A DNA stretch of 63,659 nt, filler included, from Phoronis australis (lineage: Eukaryota; Animalia; Phoronida): the NCBI GenBank assembly GCA_002633005.1. It is 4 parts of 4 records of this genome, joined end to end, with 100 filler letters (N's around TTAATTAATTAA, not from the genome) between each part and the next. Parts side by side here need not be neighbours in the genome. Positions count along the whole stretch, not along the records: positions 27,227 to 39,835 come from NMRA01001086.1; positions 39,936 to 62,027 come from NMRA01001397.1; 2 more parts are not named here. One strand, given 5' to 3'. Both the position numbers and the translations under genes were made by a program. The notes under the pieces are model-generated. The model saw only the letters and a list, made by a program, of their open reading frames with translations. It was not told the origin of the DNA and searched no databases. Shown here piece after piece: positions 39,366-52,153 of the stretch. Each line of letters opens with the position of its first letter. Position 1 is the stretch's first letter.

Positions 39366-39835
39366 CCTATAGTTTCTTGTGGTAGTGGATGTGTTCACAA
39401 CATGTTTGGAACACAAGTTTTTTTAGCTTTGGGAGGAACTGCATGTGTTGCACTTGTCACTGGTTGTAAGTGGCATCATAGATTATAGACAACAGATTTG
39501 CATTTCCGACATTTTCATCCCTACTATCCTAGAGGAGGCGCCACTCTCCTAAATTATCTATTTCAGTTTCCAGTTAGTGTATTGTGACGACACAACAACC
39601 GACCATGATTAGCAGACATGGCGGAAATAAAACTTGCCAATTTAGCCAGGTGTCACCAGGGCATCTGTAAGAGCACAGATTTTAGCAATGAAAGTTGTTA
39701 CGGAGTTGCCAGTCTATAGTGGCATACATTTTTTCTTGACCTTTCACAGAAAAATTAGTTCCCTTCTCATCGTTATGACACTGTACTAACTAGATGTGTT
39801 CTAAGATAGAGTTGTGTGAGTTTCTTGACACTCCA

Positions 39836-39935
39836 NNNNNNNNNNNNNNNNNNNNNNNNNNNNNNNNNNNNNNNNNNNNTTAATTAATTAANNNNNNNNN
39901 NNNNNNNNNNNNNNNNNNNNNNNNNNNNNNNNNNN
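39836..39935. other. Artificial scaffold spacer
   Basis: 44N-TTAATTAATTAA-44N. Confidence 0.97.
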
Positions 39936-40744
39936 AGTCGGTCATGTTGTTTCTCACCCGTGCAATTGCATGGTGACATTCTGTTCATGTTCGAACAACG
40001 AATGGAAAAAAATCTTTGTTCGTGGCGCGGGGCACCAAATCTGGGGATTCAACAATAAATCATTGTTCAAAGCAATCCTGTTGTTACACAGGATGTTTCA
40101 AATACAGTAATGATGACAATTGACTAATGATGAACCAGGCTATAAAAGTCTATGAATATAGTAAACTGCACGAGTTCGGGTTATTACATTGACAGTGCCT
40201 TAAGGTGAAGATCTTAAAGAATCAGTGTTGAGCATTAGAATTTGAAAAGTCTTTTCAGTAGTCTGAGATGGGTTAATTCATTCGTTTTGTTAAGCTCAGA
40301 AAGTGCCTGAAAAGCATAACATTGCTGCTGTATGTCCCGTAAGCATTAATGTCGGCTGTATAGGAAATAATCCGAAGCAAAAGGGGAAAGCAGGGATTTT
40401 TGGTGTTAATTGTCTTTAGTAAAACTACCAATCTATGGACATCTTCTAGAGGCATATGTCTGTGTTGCATTAGTGTTTCTAGTACAATAAATGACACCAA
40501 GGGAGTTGACACTACAATACTTATTCCACAATTTGACATGCCAGTCGTCACTGGGTATCAGTTTTGTCACCAGGTTTTGCTCCTGTTCTTTCATCCACTT
40601 TCGTGGAACGAACCTGAGCCTCTTCAAACACAGCACAGCACAGTCAGACTATTAAATAGAGAGTACATCATGTTGTACTGCTGCAGTTTGCCCTTTGCCC
40701 CACTTGAAGTGAATACTGTAGTTATCTCACTTTTTATTGGGGTG

Positions 40745-41060
40745 TATGCCTTGTCGTGGCGGAACAGCTTGCGTATCTCCGTGACCTCTAAAGCTTTACC
40801 GGCGGGAGTTTAAAACTCCTGGCAGGGCTACCCATGCCGGGCAGGTCGAAAGGTGGAGATCACACGAAATTCACCCTGAACACTCCCTAGGGTCACACTA
40901 GGGATGGGCGTAAGGCCAACTCCCTTACCCTGTAAAAACATTGCTCCTGTCACCTACGAGAAGGACAACTCTCACATGAAAACCTGGGCAGACTGGGCTC
41001 ATCAGCCATGGAAGGCAACCAGTCTAGGAGAAGGCCACTCCATATAACCATGTGCTGCCA
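40745..41060 (+). mobile_element. RTE/RTE-X-like LINE 5' UTR remnant
   Basis: GCCTTGTCGTGGCG...GCAGGGCTACCCATGCCGGGCAGGTC, GGGATGGGCGTAAGGCCAAC...TTACCCTGTAAAAA and GGCAACCAGTCTAGGAGAAGG resemble recalled RTE-clade 5' UTR motifs; no ORF follows. Confidence 0.5.
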
Positions 41061-43559
41061 TGAAGACCAGGAAGACAGAACATGTCGGCTAGACAGTGGG
41101 CAGACCTACTATACCTGTACCACCTACCCTGCAGAAGAGAACCAGACATGCACGCATCTCACCCATCATGGGAACGCTGAAGAAAAAGGAAAACTGTTTC
41201 TCTGAGAGTAAATACTTTCCCTTTTCAACTACCGTATTCACCCAATGTTGCTTAGAAAAATTCGTTTCAAGGAGGTTGACGCTTATTGTAGCCTGAGACG
41301 GCTGAAACCCGGTATCCTAAACGCTCTGTGAGGTATCTGTATGATAGACTTTCTTCAAAATTTTTGTGCATTGCTATCAAACTTCGTTGTTAAATTATGA
41401 TCATTTTTCTGAAAATTGTGCTGAAATCCCAGGGTGAAAACTTGTCGACTGATGCGTTGCAGCCTCGCTGAATAAAAATACAGTTTCGATTCAACAAATT
41501 ACCTGAAGTCCTCCTTAAGTTTTCAAAATAGCGTCCCTATGATTTTTAAGTTTTTGCGGAATTGGGATTAACTGCAGATTACCGGTAAGTCCAAATCTGC
41601 ACTAGATCGTACTCCGCAATACGAGAAAAATCTGTGGACGATTATGCATGTTGTTGTCACGTGACGTTAGTTTGTCTGCGTGTGTTTTCATGTCGTGAAC
41701 ACATCCACTAAAACAAGAAACTGTAGGAACACCACATTTATCCACCTTTACTCTTATCAGGCTTCTATTGTGAGTCAGCATGCGTGAATAATTGGCTGAT
41801 AAGCCACCTCTGGAACTACTTTTGGCTGAATGGATGACTTGTCCATAAAATGATAATTAGCCAAGACCAGTTACTATAATGCATCAAAGAATAATGTCTT
41901 GCATCACCTAGCCTTGGTGGAAAGCTGTATACTGTATTGGCTCAAACAAAGGCTTAGAAAAATTCATTTCACGGGGAGGGGACGCTTATTGTAGTGAGCT
42001 TACGGCAGTTGAAACCCGGTTTCCCAAACGGGTAAAATCGGAAGCTAGGATTCATCAAATTTACGCTCTGTGACGTATTTGTAGCCTATGACAGCCTTTC
42101 TACAAAATTGTGGTGCATTGCNNNNNNNNNNNNNNNNNNNNNNNNNNNNNNNNNNNNNNNNNNNNNNNNNNNNNNNNNNNNNNNNNNNNNNNNNNNNNNN
42201 NNNNNNNNNNNNNNNNNNNNNNNNNNNNNNNNNNNNNNNNNNNNNNNNNNNNNNNNNNNNNNNNNNNNNNNNNNNNNNNNNNNNNNNNNNNNNNNNNNNN
42301 NNNNNNNNNNNNNNNNNNNNNNNNNNNNNNNNNNNNNNNNNNNNNNNNNNNNNNNNNNNNNNNNNNNNNNNNNNNNNNNNNNNNNNNNNNNNNNNNNNNN
42401 NNNNNNNNNNNNNNNNNNNNNNNNNNNNNNNNNNNNNNNNNNNNNNNNNNNNNNNNNNNNNNNNNNNNNNNNNNNNNNCAGGAACATAACAATCACGTGT
42501 TTTGTACACATACGCGCACGCCGCAGATCACATCTCGGAAATTGCCGATTTGACGGATGACAATGAATGAACACAATGAAATTAACAATGTCGTTTTACA
42601 GCTTGTAAGATTCATAATAAACGTATTTTGAATATTGCAATGCATGTGTTCCAAAATCTAAATAACTTGGGTCCTATATTTTTGTATTAGTGCGCGCCGA
42701 ATGAAAGTAATCGTGAGTGTTGCTGTGTTGCAAAATCTCTTATCCTGGGCCGATTTGAAAAATTCAAAGTTATACTCATATTTGTTTTCGCTCCTCTTTT
42801 CAAATATTACAGTAAAAACTACTTAAAACTCTCTCCATAAAAAGTACAGTCTGCTAGCTAGATTGTAATCAGCTGATCATGTCCGCATGAGCGAAGCCAA
42901 TTATCCTCGCTCGTGACTCGATGACTAGAGCAGCTTGGCGACATCCCTTTGATCGTGAGCCGAGCGCGACTCAGCCAAGGTGGATAAAAACGGTCTAGTT
43001 GAATTTTCCATACCCCGCCGTTTACCTTAACCACTGGGGTTAGAACCAATTTTATTTAGTGGGAATGTTCATAGCATGTTGAGCGAGCGCGTGCTTGTCA
43101 TAGAGTTCGTTTGTCTGAGTAAACGATGTGCATTTTATCTAAAGAAATTAACAAAAGTATTAAAGCAGAACGTGTTTTATTTAGCACTTGCTGGTCTCAT
43201 CTGCTAAAAATGTTCGAGAATTGTCTCGTTAAGGCCGATATTAAACGTCCTGGAGTCACTGAGTGACTAGATGTGTGACAGTCTAACAATTATTTTCGGG
43301 TGCGAAAGTGTTCGCTATCGCTGGGTCATTTTGGCTTTAAAAATAGCAGTTGTGATTTATTAAAATAAATATTCTTCAAAATAACACAAAAGGTTTTTAC
43401 GGTATTAGAAACTTACGGAAATTAGTGCCAATATTTATTTCTTGCCGATGCTATTCTACCCTGGTTTCATGAATTGATGGTTTTCGTAGACTATTATCTT
43501 CGATGACATGTGCATGTATGTAGTGCATGCTTCTTGGCCACGTGCTTTTAACAACGGTC

Positions 43560-43998
43560 AAGTTTTTATAGTCTTCATGTACATATAAATTTGGTGTCCT
43601 GTTGAGGAGGAAAAATCTGTATGGGAAAGATTCAATACAATCCCGTTGACCAGTACGCTGCGTCTGTTCTGAAAGGCCTGACCGTGGTGGGGCATGTTAC
43701 ACGCAAGATCAGAAAAACTTACCATTGTTTTTGAAGTATGGTGAAAGTTTGAAGTGTATAGTCACGGCTAAATAGCGACATAGCGGCAAGGTTCATGGTC
43801 TATAAATTCTGGCACAATGATTTTTTCAAGACATTTGGATCTTATTGATAAATTGAATTCGTTGTAGTAGAATTTTAGAACTGTAGGTAAGGCATTTTTC
43901 GCATGTACAGGTTCATGGGCTGGGCACTTTTTTTAGCGAAGTCTGAAAACGTGTGGGGGCATTTATAGGGGCATGGGCGCTTATTAGGACGAATACGG
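43560..43998 (+). mobile_element. Right part of a Tc2/pogo-like (CCGTA-ended) element with HIRAN-like pseudogene
   Basis: End GGGCGCTTATTAGGACGAATACGG|TA; frameshifted IWCPVEEE / NPVDQYAASVLKGLTVVGHVTRKI / LFLKYGESLKCIVTAK*RHS...GL*I. Confidence 0.6.
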
Positions 43999-44736
43999 TA
44001 AATGCCTATTGCACCTTGGGACTATGTTACAAAGCTACTGAAAGGAATGTACCGCTCTGGTGTACAGCCCAATTCACCATAGTGTACAAGTTCTGCATTT
44101 GACCTGATAGTTCAAACATTTTAGGGTGCTCCATAATATTTTAGAACTCCTTTCAGCCTCTAATTAAATCAGCTTTTGTCTCTTCTTGTTCAGGAAGTAA
44201 ATTTTTATGCCAGAATTATGCTCTCGGCCTATTATGAAATTCATGCACTTTAGGTAGCCATTCCTAGAGTTGTCATAACAACATTTTTTATGCTGTTTTT
44301 TATTGTTAGAGAGTTTTTTAGGTTCAGTCCTGCGTAATTGGAAGTGAAACTGTTCTCTACTAACTGGGGTGAGGTGGTCTGATTTAGTATGGGATTGTCT
44401 GGAAATAAACACTGGAAGAATTTTTTCAGAGAAGGTGTGTTAACCCTAATATAAAATGTGCTTCTACTAAAAAGCGGATATGCTTGGGATGTGTTTAAGT
44501 CTCTAAATTATCCTTGCTGTAAAATCACTTACTTAGGAGGGCACAGTGTGATGGATAGATGCATTTTTCATTTCATATTTTTTTATAACCGATAAATGGT
44601 GGCAAAAATACTGGTGCTGTGGCGTTTTCAAGTTCTGTACTGAAGCTACTAATGTATCATATTTTGAAAAATTGTGATAATTCACAATAGTGTTAGAAGC
44701 CATTGAAAAAGACTAAAGTTATTTTGGCAATTTTTA

Positions 44737-46581
44737 GGGAGAATCGACAATTGGTTGGACTTCATAACCACTTGCCTGGCCTTCAAAACCAGCTGGCTGG
44801 ACAGCAAAACGCAATGGCTGGTGTTCTAACTTGGTGGTCGGACCTTGAGACAGGTTGGCAGGCTCCTCAAAACCAGATGGCGGTACCCCAAAAAATTTGT
44901 TGGCCAGACCTAAACAAATCGCCTATTTTGAGTAAAATGGACTGGTATGAAAAATAAACACTAGGTGTCTCTTGAATACTTTGAGACATTCATAACAAGT
45001 CCCCATTTTGTTTAATCACCGGCCAACTGGTTATAGCACCGGTGATCGGGTTTTGGGTCTAGCTAACTAGTTTTTATGCGCCCACATATTTATATGTGGT
45101 CGCATATTGCCGTCATCTCAGTCTGGGCGTCCGCTGTCCGCGGCTGTATATCTCCCCTTGCAGGATCTTATTGAATTTTGGCAGGTGTGTTCCTATGGGG
45201 TTGACGACAGAGTGCGACGAGTTTCGGACGGACCTGAATACCGCTCCCGAATACCGCTCCCGAATACCGCTCCCGAATACCACTCCCGAATACCGCTCCC
45301 AAATACGGCTCCCGAATACTGCTGTGCCCCCTAGTGGCAATTTTAGTTTTTTACGTTCGCCTCTATCTTCAAACATCCTCTACTGATTTTCATGAAATTT
45401 TGGCACATAGGCATCTTAACGAGTTGACGCTATCCTCCTGTTTTCGGATGTATTTGAGACACTTTGCGCCATCTAGTGGCCATTTTTACTATTTTCGAGT
45501 CTGTTTTTTGCCGTCCGCCCCTCTAACAACCAAACCACTCTAAGGATGATTGTGAAAATTGGCATGTTTGTTTGTACTATGATGAAGACAATTGACGATG
45601 ATTTTCTGACGACTTCGACTACTGTGGCGCCTCCTAGCGGCAGTTTTGTTTGTTTTTGCGCCCATGGCTATATCTCCTAAATGTTTTACAGGATCTTTAT
45701 TAAATTTAGCTAATTTATTTATATGAAGTTGACAACGGACGGCGACAACTTTCGGACAGATCGGTGTACCGGTGTGCCCCCTAGTGACAATTTTAGTTTT
45801 TTACGTGTACCTCTGTATCTTCAAAGGTCCTCAACGGATTTCTACAAAATTTGACACATAGACATTTATTAGTGAGATGACGCTTTCCTCCCGTTTTCAG
45901 ATGGATTAGACCTAGTTTGCGCCAACTAGTGGCCATTTTTGTTGTTTTCGAGTCTGTTTTTTTGGCGTCCGTCCCTCTGTCAACAAAACCACTTTAAGGA
46001 TGATTGTGAAAGTTGGCACGGATGTTCGTTGTTATGAATGGGACAGTTGACGATGATTTTCCGATGACTTCGATAACGTGGCGCCTCCTAGTGGCGTTTT
46101 TTGCACCCATACCTGTATCTCCTAAGCCCTCTGCAGAATCTTTATTAAATTTATCACGTGTATTTATATGAAGTTAACAAGAGAAGACGACGGCTTTTTA
46201 CGGATCCGAGCAACACTGTCCCCTAGTGGCAATTTCTTTTTTTTTTCGTTTTCCTCTGTTTCTCTGAAGTTCCTTGACGAATTTTAATGAAATTTGGTAA
46301 GTGGCTTTCTTTTAAAGAAACGATGACATTTTCTGGTTTTCAAACGGATTTGGTGTATTTTGCGCCATCTAGTGGCCATTTTGATGATACAAATAAACAA
46401 TCCTAAAAGCACACCATTTGGGATGCATTTGTGGGCGCATTTCAACGCTCAGCGTCGGTCTTGTTTTTTTTTGGTGAGGCCATCGTGTTTTGAAGTCCGG
46501 ACAACACGTTTCGTCATTGGCCATTTGAATTTGCAGTCCAGCCGACTGTTTGTGAAGTCCAACCAATTTTTGATTTCCCCT
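44737..46581. mobile_element. TA-flanked TIR element with subterminal short repeats, host of a Helentron insertion
   Basis: GGGAGAATCGACAATTGGTTGGACTTCA vs TGAAGTCCAACCAATTTTTGATTTCCCCT. Confidence 0.55.
45071..46464 (+). mobile_element. Complete non-autonomous Helentron
   Basis: 5' subTIR ATGCGCCCAC with palindrome; 3' subTIR GTGGGCGCAT, hairpin ACGCTCAGCGT and end CTTGTT in a T-run; includes 13-bp (GAATACCGCTCCC)n at 45236-45320. Confidence 0.88.
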
Positions 46582-46726
46582 TAATAATACATTTCGCAAA
46601 TATGTTTCTGGAACCGTCAGTGAAATATATGTATTTTACATAATGCTCGGAGCTCCAATGCTACATATATAGTGGTGGGACATTCATTTTCTGTTTCATG
46701 CTGTGTGTCATATCCAGTGGTCTCAN

Positions 46727-48185
46727 GAATACCGCTCCCGAATACCACTCCCGAATACCGCTCCCAAATAGGCTCCTGAATACTGCTGTGCCCCCTAGTG
46801 GCAATTTTAGTTTTTTACGTTCGCCTCTATCTTCAAACATCCTCTACTGATTTTCATGAAATTTTGGCACATAGGCATCTTAATGAGTTGACGCTATCCT
46901 CCTGTTTTCGGATGTATTTGAGACACTTTGCGCCATCTAGTGGCCATTTTTACTATTTTTGAGTCTGTTTTTTGCCGTCCGCCCCTCTAACAACCAAACC
47001 ACTCTAAGGATGATTGTGAAAATTGGCATGTTTGTTTGTACTATGATGAAGACAATTGACGATGATTTTGTGACGACTTCGACTACTGTGTCGCCTCCTA
47101 GCGGCAGTTTTGTGTGTTTTTGCGCCCATGGCTATATCTCCTAAATGTTTTACAGGATCTTTATTAAAGTTAGCTAATGTATTTATATGAAGTTGACAAC
47201 GAACGACGACAACTTTCGGACAGATCGGTGTACCGGTGTGCCCCCTAGTGAAAATTTTAGTTTTTTACGTGTACCTCTGTATCTTCAAAGGTCCTCAACG
47301 GATTTCTACAAAATTTGACACATAGACATTTATTAGTGAGATGACGCTTTCCTCCCGTTTTCAGATGAATTAGACCTAGTTTGCGCCAACTAGTGGCCAT
47401 TTTTGTTGTTTTCGAGTCTGTTTTTTGGCGTCCGTCCCTCTGTCAACAAAACCACTTTATGGATGATTGTGAAAGTTGGCACGGATGTTCGTTGTTATGA
47501 AGGGGACAGTTGACGATGATTTTCCGATGACTTCGATAACGTGGCGCCTCCTAGTGGCGTTTTTTGCACCCATACCTGTATCTCCTAAGCCCTCTGCAGA
47601 ATCTTTATTAAATTTATCACGTGTATTTATATGAAGTTAACAAGAGAAGACGACGGCTTTTTACGGATCCGAGCAACACTGTCCCCTAGTGGCAATTTCA
47701 TTTTTTTTTTGTTTTCCTCTGTTTCTCTGAAGTTCCTTGACGAATTTTAATGAAATTTGGTTAGTGGCTTTCTTTTAAAGAAACGATGACATTTTCTGGT
47801 TTTCAAACGGATTTGGTGTATTTTGTGCCATCTAGTGGCCATTTTGATGATACAAATAAACAACCCTAAAAGCGCACCATTTGGGTTGCATTTGTGGGCG
47901 CATTTCAACGCTCAGCGTCGCTCTTGTTTTTTTTGGTGAGGCCATCGTGTTTTGAAGTCCGGACAACACGTTTCGTCATTGGCCATTTGAATTTGCAGTC
48001 CAGACGACTGTTTTTGAAGTCCAACCAATTTTTGATTCCCCCTTAATAATACATTTCGCAAATATGTTTCTGGAACCATCAGTGAAATATATGTATTTTA
48101 CATAATGCTCGGAGCTCCAATGCTACATATAGTGGTGGGACATTCATTTTCTGTTTCATGCTGTGTGTCATATCCAGTGGTCTCA
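46727..48185 (+). repeat. ~1.46-kb tandem duplicate of 45262-46725 across a single N (probable uncollapsed haplotype)
   Basis: Near-identical including unique flank; junction is exactly the N at 46726. Confidence 0.85.
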
Positions 48186-49421
48186 CCGACTGAACTTGGT
48201 TTGGTATGCAAGCAAGGGTCGCTTATCAGTGGAAGTTTTCTAATAATTGTACTGCAGTGGGGGTGGAGATTCACAAGATCCTGTGTAAAGTTCCAAATTA
48301 TAACTTATCAAATTCCGTTTTACTTTTTCAAAGTGATCAAAACATAAAAATGATTTGGGAATTGCCTTACATTTTCTGCGTAAGTACGATACACGCCCTA
48401 TCTGCTGTTTCTGAAAACCAGAAAGTGAACAGTGCCACCTTGAGAGAGATTGAATAACCACCTGAACACGTCTACTACAAAATGATCGTTGATTGATTTG
48501 TGGCCACAATATATGTAAGTTGATAATTAAAATCATTTTTGCACATCTTATGAAATATGGACTAATGAAATGTCTAGCTCCTTGAGAGAAGTCCGATTCG
48601 ATGAATTCTGACAATTTTTCTTTTTTGAGAAAGCCGGGGGTTCTCTATGTACAAGTCGCAGCATTTTTCAGAGCAGCCTGGCGTCAGTAGTCTGATCCCT
48701 AAAACTGTTGTCGATGGTGATGACCCAGCTGTGAACTTCATGTCATCCACAAGGGAACATAAGGCATCCATGTTGAATCTTGGTTGGGCCACAGGCTTAC
48801 AATAATACTAGTTGTTAATTGTGCATTTGATATTGTTTTCTGAATAAACACTTGTGTTAAGTCGACACCTGTCAGATGGGATGTGGTTTACAGTGCTTGC
48901 TGGCTGGCCTAAAGCAGAATGTAGTGAAATACCTCAACTGTTTCACCCCAGTCATACTGTTGTCATTGTCAATTATCCATAAGCAAGGAGTGTACTGGAC
49001 TATTTCTGACAGGAGTTACGAGATTGTTTTTAAAAAGCCAGCCTTTGTATAGAAACAGGTGGTGAAAAAGTCGCTCTTCTGAGAAGCACGTCCTGTATTC
49101 CTCATCTCTGGTAGAACCCCTAGGTCTATTAGCCAGAGTCTGAGAATACCTTGCTAAAGTATGCAATAATGAAAGATGTTTACTTTAGTGTTGCCCTATG
49201 ACAGTAATTCCATTCAAACAAGCAATGTACAATTTTCCTGATATTTATTTTTGTTGGTAAATTTTGATTTTGATAAGATGTATGTGTACTGGTTCTACAA
49301 TTAACTAAGCATTATGTTGTGTCGCAGGCCTTTATCCAGGATGTCGAAAATAGGGTGTCCACAATGGGATTCCCGATTAATTCCAGGGCGTCCACGATTA
49401 CGACGCGTAACCCCCCACCCC

Positions 49422-49720
49422 CAGCAATCCCCCCAAACACACAGATTTTTTTACAAAAAATGCATAGACCAAGGTTTTTACATTTAAGTTTACAAAACAG
49501 CCTTCTGTAGTGAGCATTTTTACTAAAAAACTGTGCAGACCAAGACTTACAATGCTATCAACCAAGTGACAGCAATCCCCCCAAAACAGATTTTTTTACA
49601 AAAAAATATGTAGACCAAGGTTTTTACATCTAAGTTTACAAAACAGCCTTCTGTAGTGAGCATTTTTACTAAAAAACTGTGTAGACCAAGACTTGCACAA
49701 TGCTATCAACCAAATGTGAG
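49422..49720. repeat. ~150-bp tandem duplication
   Basis: CAGCAATCCCCCCAAA...AATGCTATCAACCAA occurs twice. Confidence 0.85.
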
Positions 49721-49724
49721 CATA

Positions 49725-49863
49725 GCAATGACATGTTCCCGTTTTCGGATGGATTGTACGTTTTTGCGCCATCTAATGGCCATTTTTATGATACAAATAA
49801 AGCCTAAAACCACACTATTTGATGCATTCGTGGGCGCATTTAAACGCTCCACGTTGCTCTTGT
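49725..49863 (+). mobile_element. Helentron 3'-end fragment
   Basis: GCGCCATCTAATGGCC ... GTGGGCGCATTTAAACGCTCCACGTTGCTCTTGT. Confidence 0.75.
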
Positions 49864-51078
49864 TTTCATATTACATGAGCAAATCATAAAGTTGAAAAGT
49901 AGAAATCCATACATCTTGCATTTTATCATCTGCAAAACACTAAAACAACCAAACGCGCACCAACCAAATAATGCCGGAATTCTAAGAAGGTGACAAGGTT
50001 ATGATTGACAAATTAGGTGTCGTAACTGTACATATTCCCATTCGAAAAAAGATGCAAACAACTTCTTCGGCGACGAATTACACATCCACGTTCATTCAAA
50101 CGGAGACAAATCCCAACTCAAGAAACCCGGTGGGACTGTCTAGCTAAGCTGTCTCAAGGTCAATACTGTGGGGAAGCCTTGCTGAGTGTTATTTATAAAC
50201 ATTTTTAAGTTTTAGTATTACAATTTCAAAGACTATTAAATTCTAACTTGAATATGTGCTACGAAAGCCGAATGTAATTTACAATTGCTATGTTTATATT
50301 AACAAAAAATAACTGAATTACTTTACATGGCGCAAGCGTCTGCTTACAAAAGTTGAGTCATGTGGTTGAAAGTTTTATACGTGTCAAGATTTTTGGTAAA
50401 AAGGTCTTTTTTATGCGCCCACATATTTATATGGATTTGCCATATTCCAACAGTCCTGAAAAAAATCATTGTGCGCAGAATTTCTAGACCACGAGCCGCG
50501 CCGCTATGCCTGTATTTAGCTGTGGCTATACACTTCAAACTTCCGCAGTGCTTCGAAGCACACAAAAGTTTTGCGGATCTTGCGAGGAAGGTGTCCCACT
50601 ATGGTCTGGCCTTTAAGAACAGACGCAGCGTACTTGTCAACGGGATTGTATTGTAGATCTTCTCCCTCAACAGGAATTCTGATTTCTTTGGACACATGAA
50701 AACCGCAAATTGAAGACTAATAAAAGACTTGACAAGTGTTTAAAGGCGAAGGCAACCTTTTTTCATGTCATTTTGAGCTAAAATAAGGTTGGTTGGTTAT
50801 CCTAGACATATTTTCCACTTAATTACAGCTTTTCGTAACTTTATAAAATTACTCGTCCGCTACTCCGGAAGTGACGTTTTAGGAGGCAAGCGTTTCCCGC
50901 CACTTGGTTTTGCGTTGAGTTTACCGTGTGAATTTGTTCTATTCTACTTTTGTTTTGTGCTGTTTTTCAACAATTGTCGCCACCACTTTCCATCGGCGAG
51001 TATTTTGCGGCAACATAGGTTAGTAGAGAACTCAACTACGTTGGATTTAGGGATTGTTTAGAGTGTTGTAAGCTGAAA

Positions 51079-51372
51079 ATGGCTGGACTCGGTGACCCGT
51101 ATCACAGTGACAGTAGAGTGAGTGACGGAGACCTTGTTCACAGCAGTGGTGACGAGGAATTTTTTCACGGACATTCAGTGGGTGGGTACATGTTTGAGCC
51201 CGAGTGTAACGAGGCAGAGTACGTGCAGGCACAGGCAGCTGTTCGAGGCGGCTACTGAGGACAGACGTGGTGACAAATCTTGGTGCAAATGCACTGTGTG
51301 CGTTGTTATGCCTACCTCAATGGAATGCTTGTGCTGTTCAGAGATCGACGAGGCCAAGCCACTACTGGACAC
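51079..51372 (+). pseudogene. KolX-like / P2X7 C-terminal-like Cys-rich protein, 5' fragment
   Basis: MAGLGD...GYMFEPE then, after a frameshift, RRGDKSWCKCTVCVVMPTSMECLCCSEI. Confidence 0.75.
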
Positions 51373-51565
51373 GGTTAAGTGGACCTCCGGCATACCACGG
51401 GCAGAGGAATAACTGTCCCACTTGCCAGAGTGTCCCGCGACACACTCCCACTGGATGGCGACCTGAGCACCCAAACTGCTTACATCGTGTCATGTGACTC
51501 CCTCGCCACACACCTGGCACCTTCTAAATAGCTCCAACACTTTAGACAAGTCCACAATAAACTTA

Positions 51566-52153
51566 TCAGTTTGGCTCACCGATCTGTTCAGTGGACGACG
51601 AACTCTCCTCTTCACTGGGTGTCGAACTGGGCCTGTAATCACTCCCACTACTCAATATCGCTGCAGGGCTGCTTAGAGGCTCTGGGCTGGAGAAAACAGC
51701 ACGGGGCGAATCACTACTGGTTCCAGGAATGGCACGCTCTGGGGTACGTTCGGAGGCACGGGTGACAGTAGATGAAGTGCCTCCACTGGCTCCAGTCACT
51801 GTACTGGCCACAGCTCGCGAGGCTTCTCGCTTCAAAAACGCACATCTCGGGGGTGGCGACGGGACAGTGCCGGGAACCAACACAGACGGAATGGCTTCAG
51901 GCGTTGTTTCGCAGGGACCTTCATCAGTTCAGCGTACAAATCCCTTTCGTAATCGGACGGCAGAAAGTGTTTGCCACACACACGGTAATTCTCGACTGCT
52001 TTGTACGTTGCGTGGACGGGTAACGCTGCGTTCTTTACACGAACGAGCCAAGTACGGCGAAGTGTCATCCATCGAAAAGCGATGCAAAGGTACTCCTAAT
52101 GCGCGCGTGAGACGATAATTAGTACATCCCGGTACGCAGCAACAGTGTGGCAT
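51566..52153 (-). pseudogene. THAP-domain N-terminus of Kolobok transposase (frameshifted, DDE core deleted)
   Basis: MPHCCCVPGCTN...LHRF / LRRTWLVRV...YRVCGKHFLPSDY...RLKP / AIPSV: C2CH THAP with AVPTIF-like box across three frames. Confidence 0.85.

Noticed and set aside
42045-42574. Long ORFs across N runs (also 58374-58853, 38016-38252)
   Set aside because: Open only because N translates as X
48574-49166. Minus-strand ORFs with coding-like composition (similar at 12162-12589 and 56182-56580)
   Set aside because: No recognisable motif or consistent splice structure; possibly old TE remnants but not supportable
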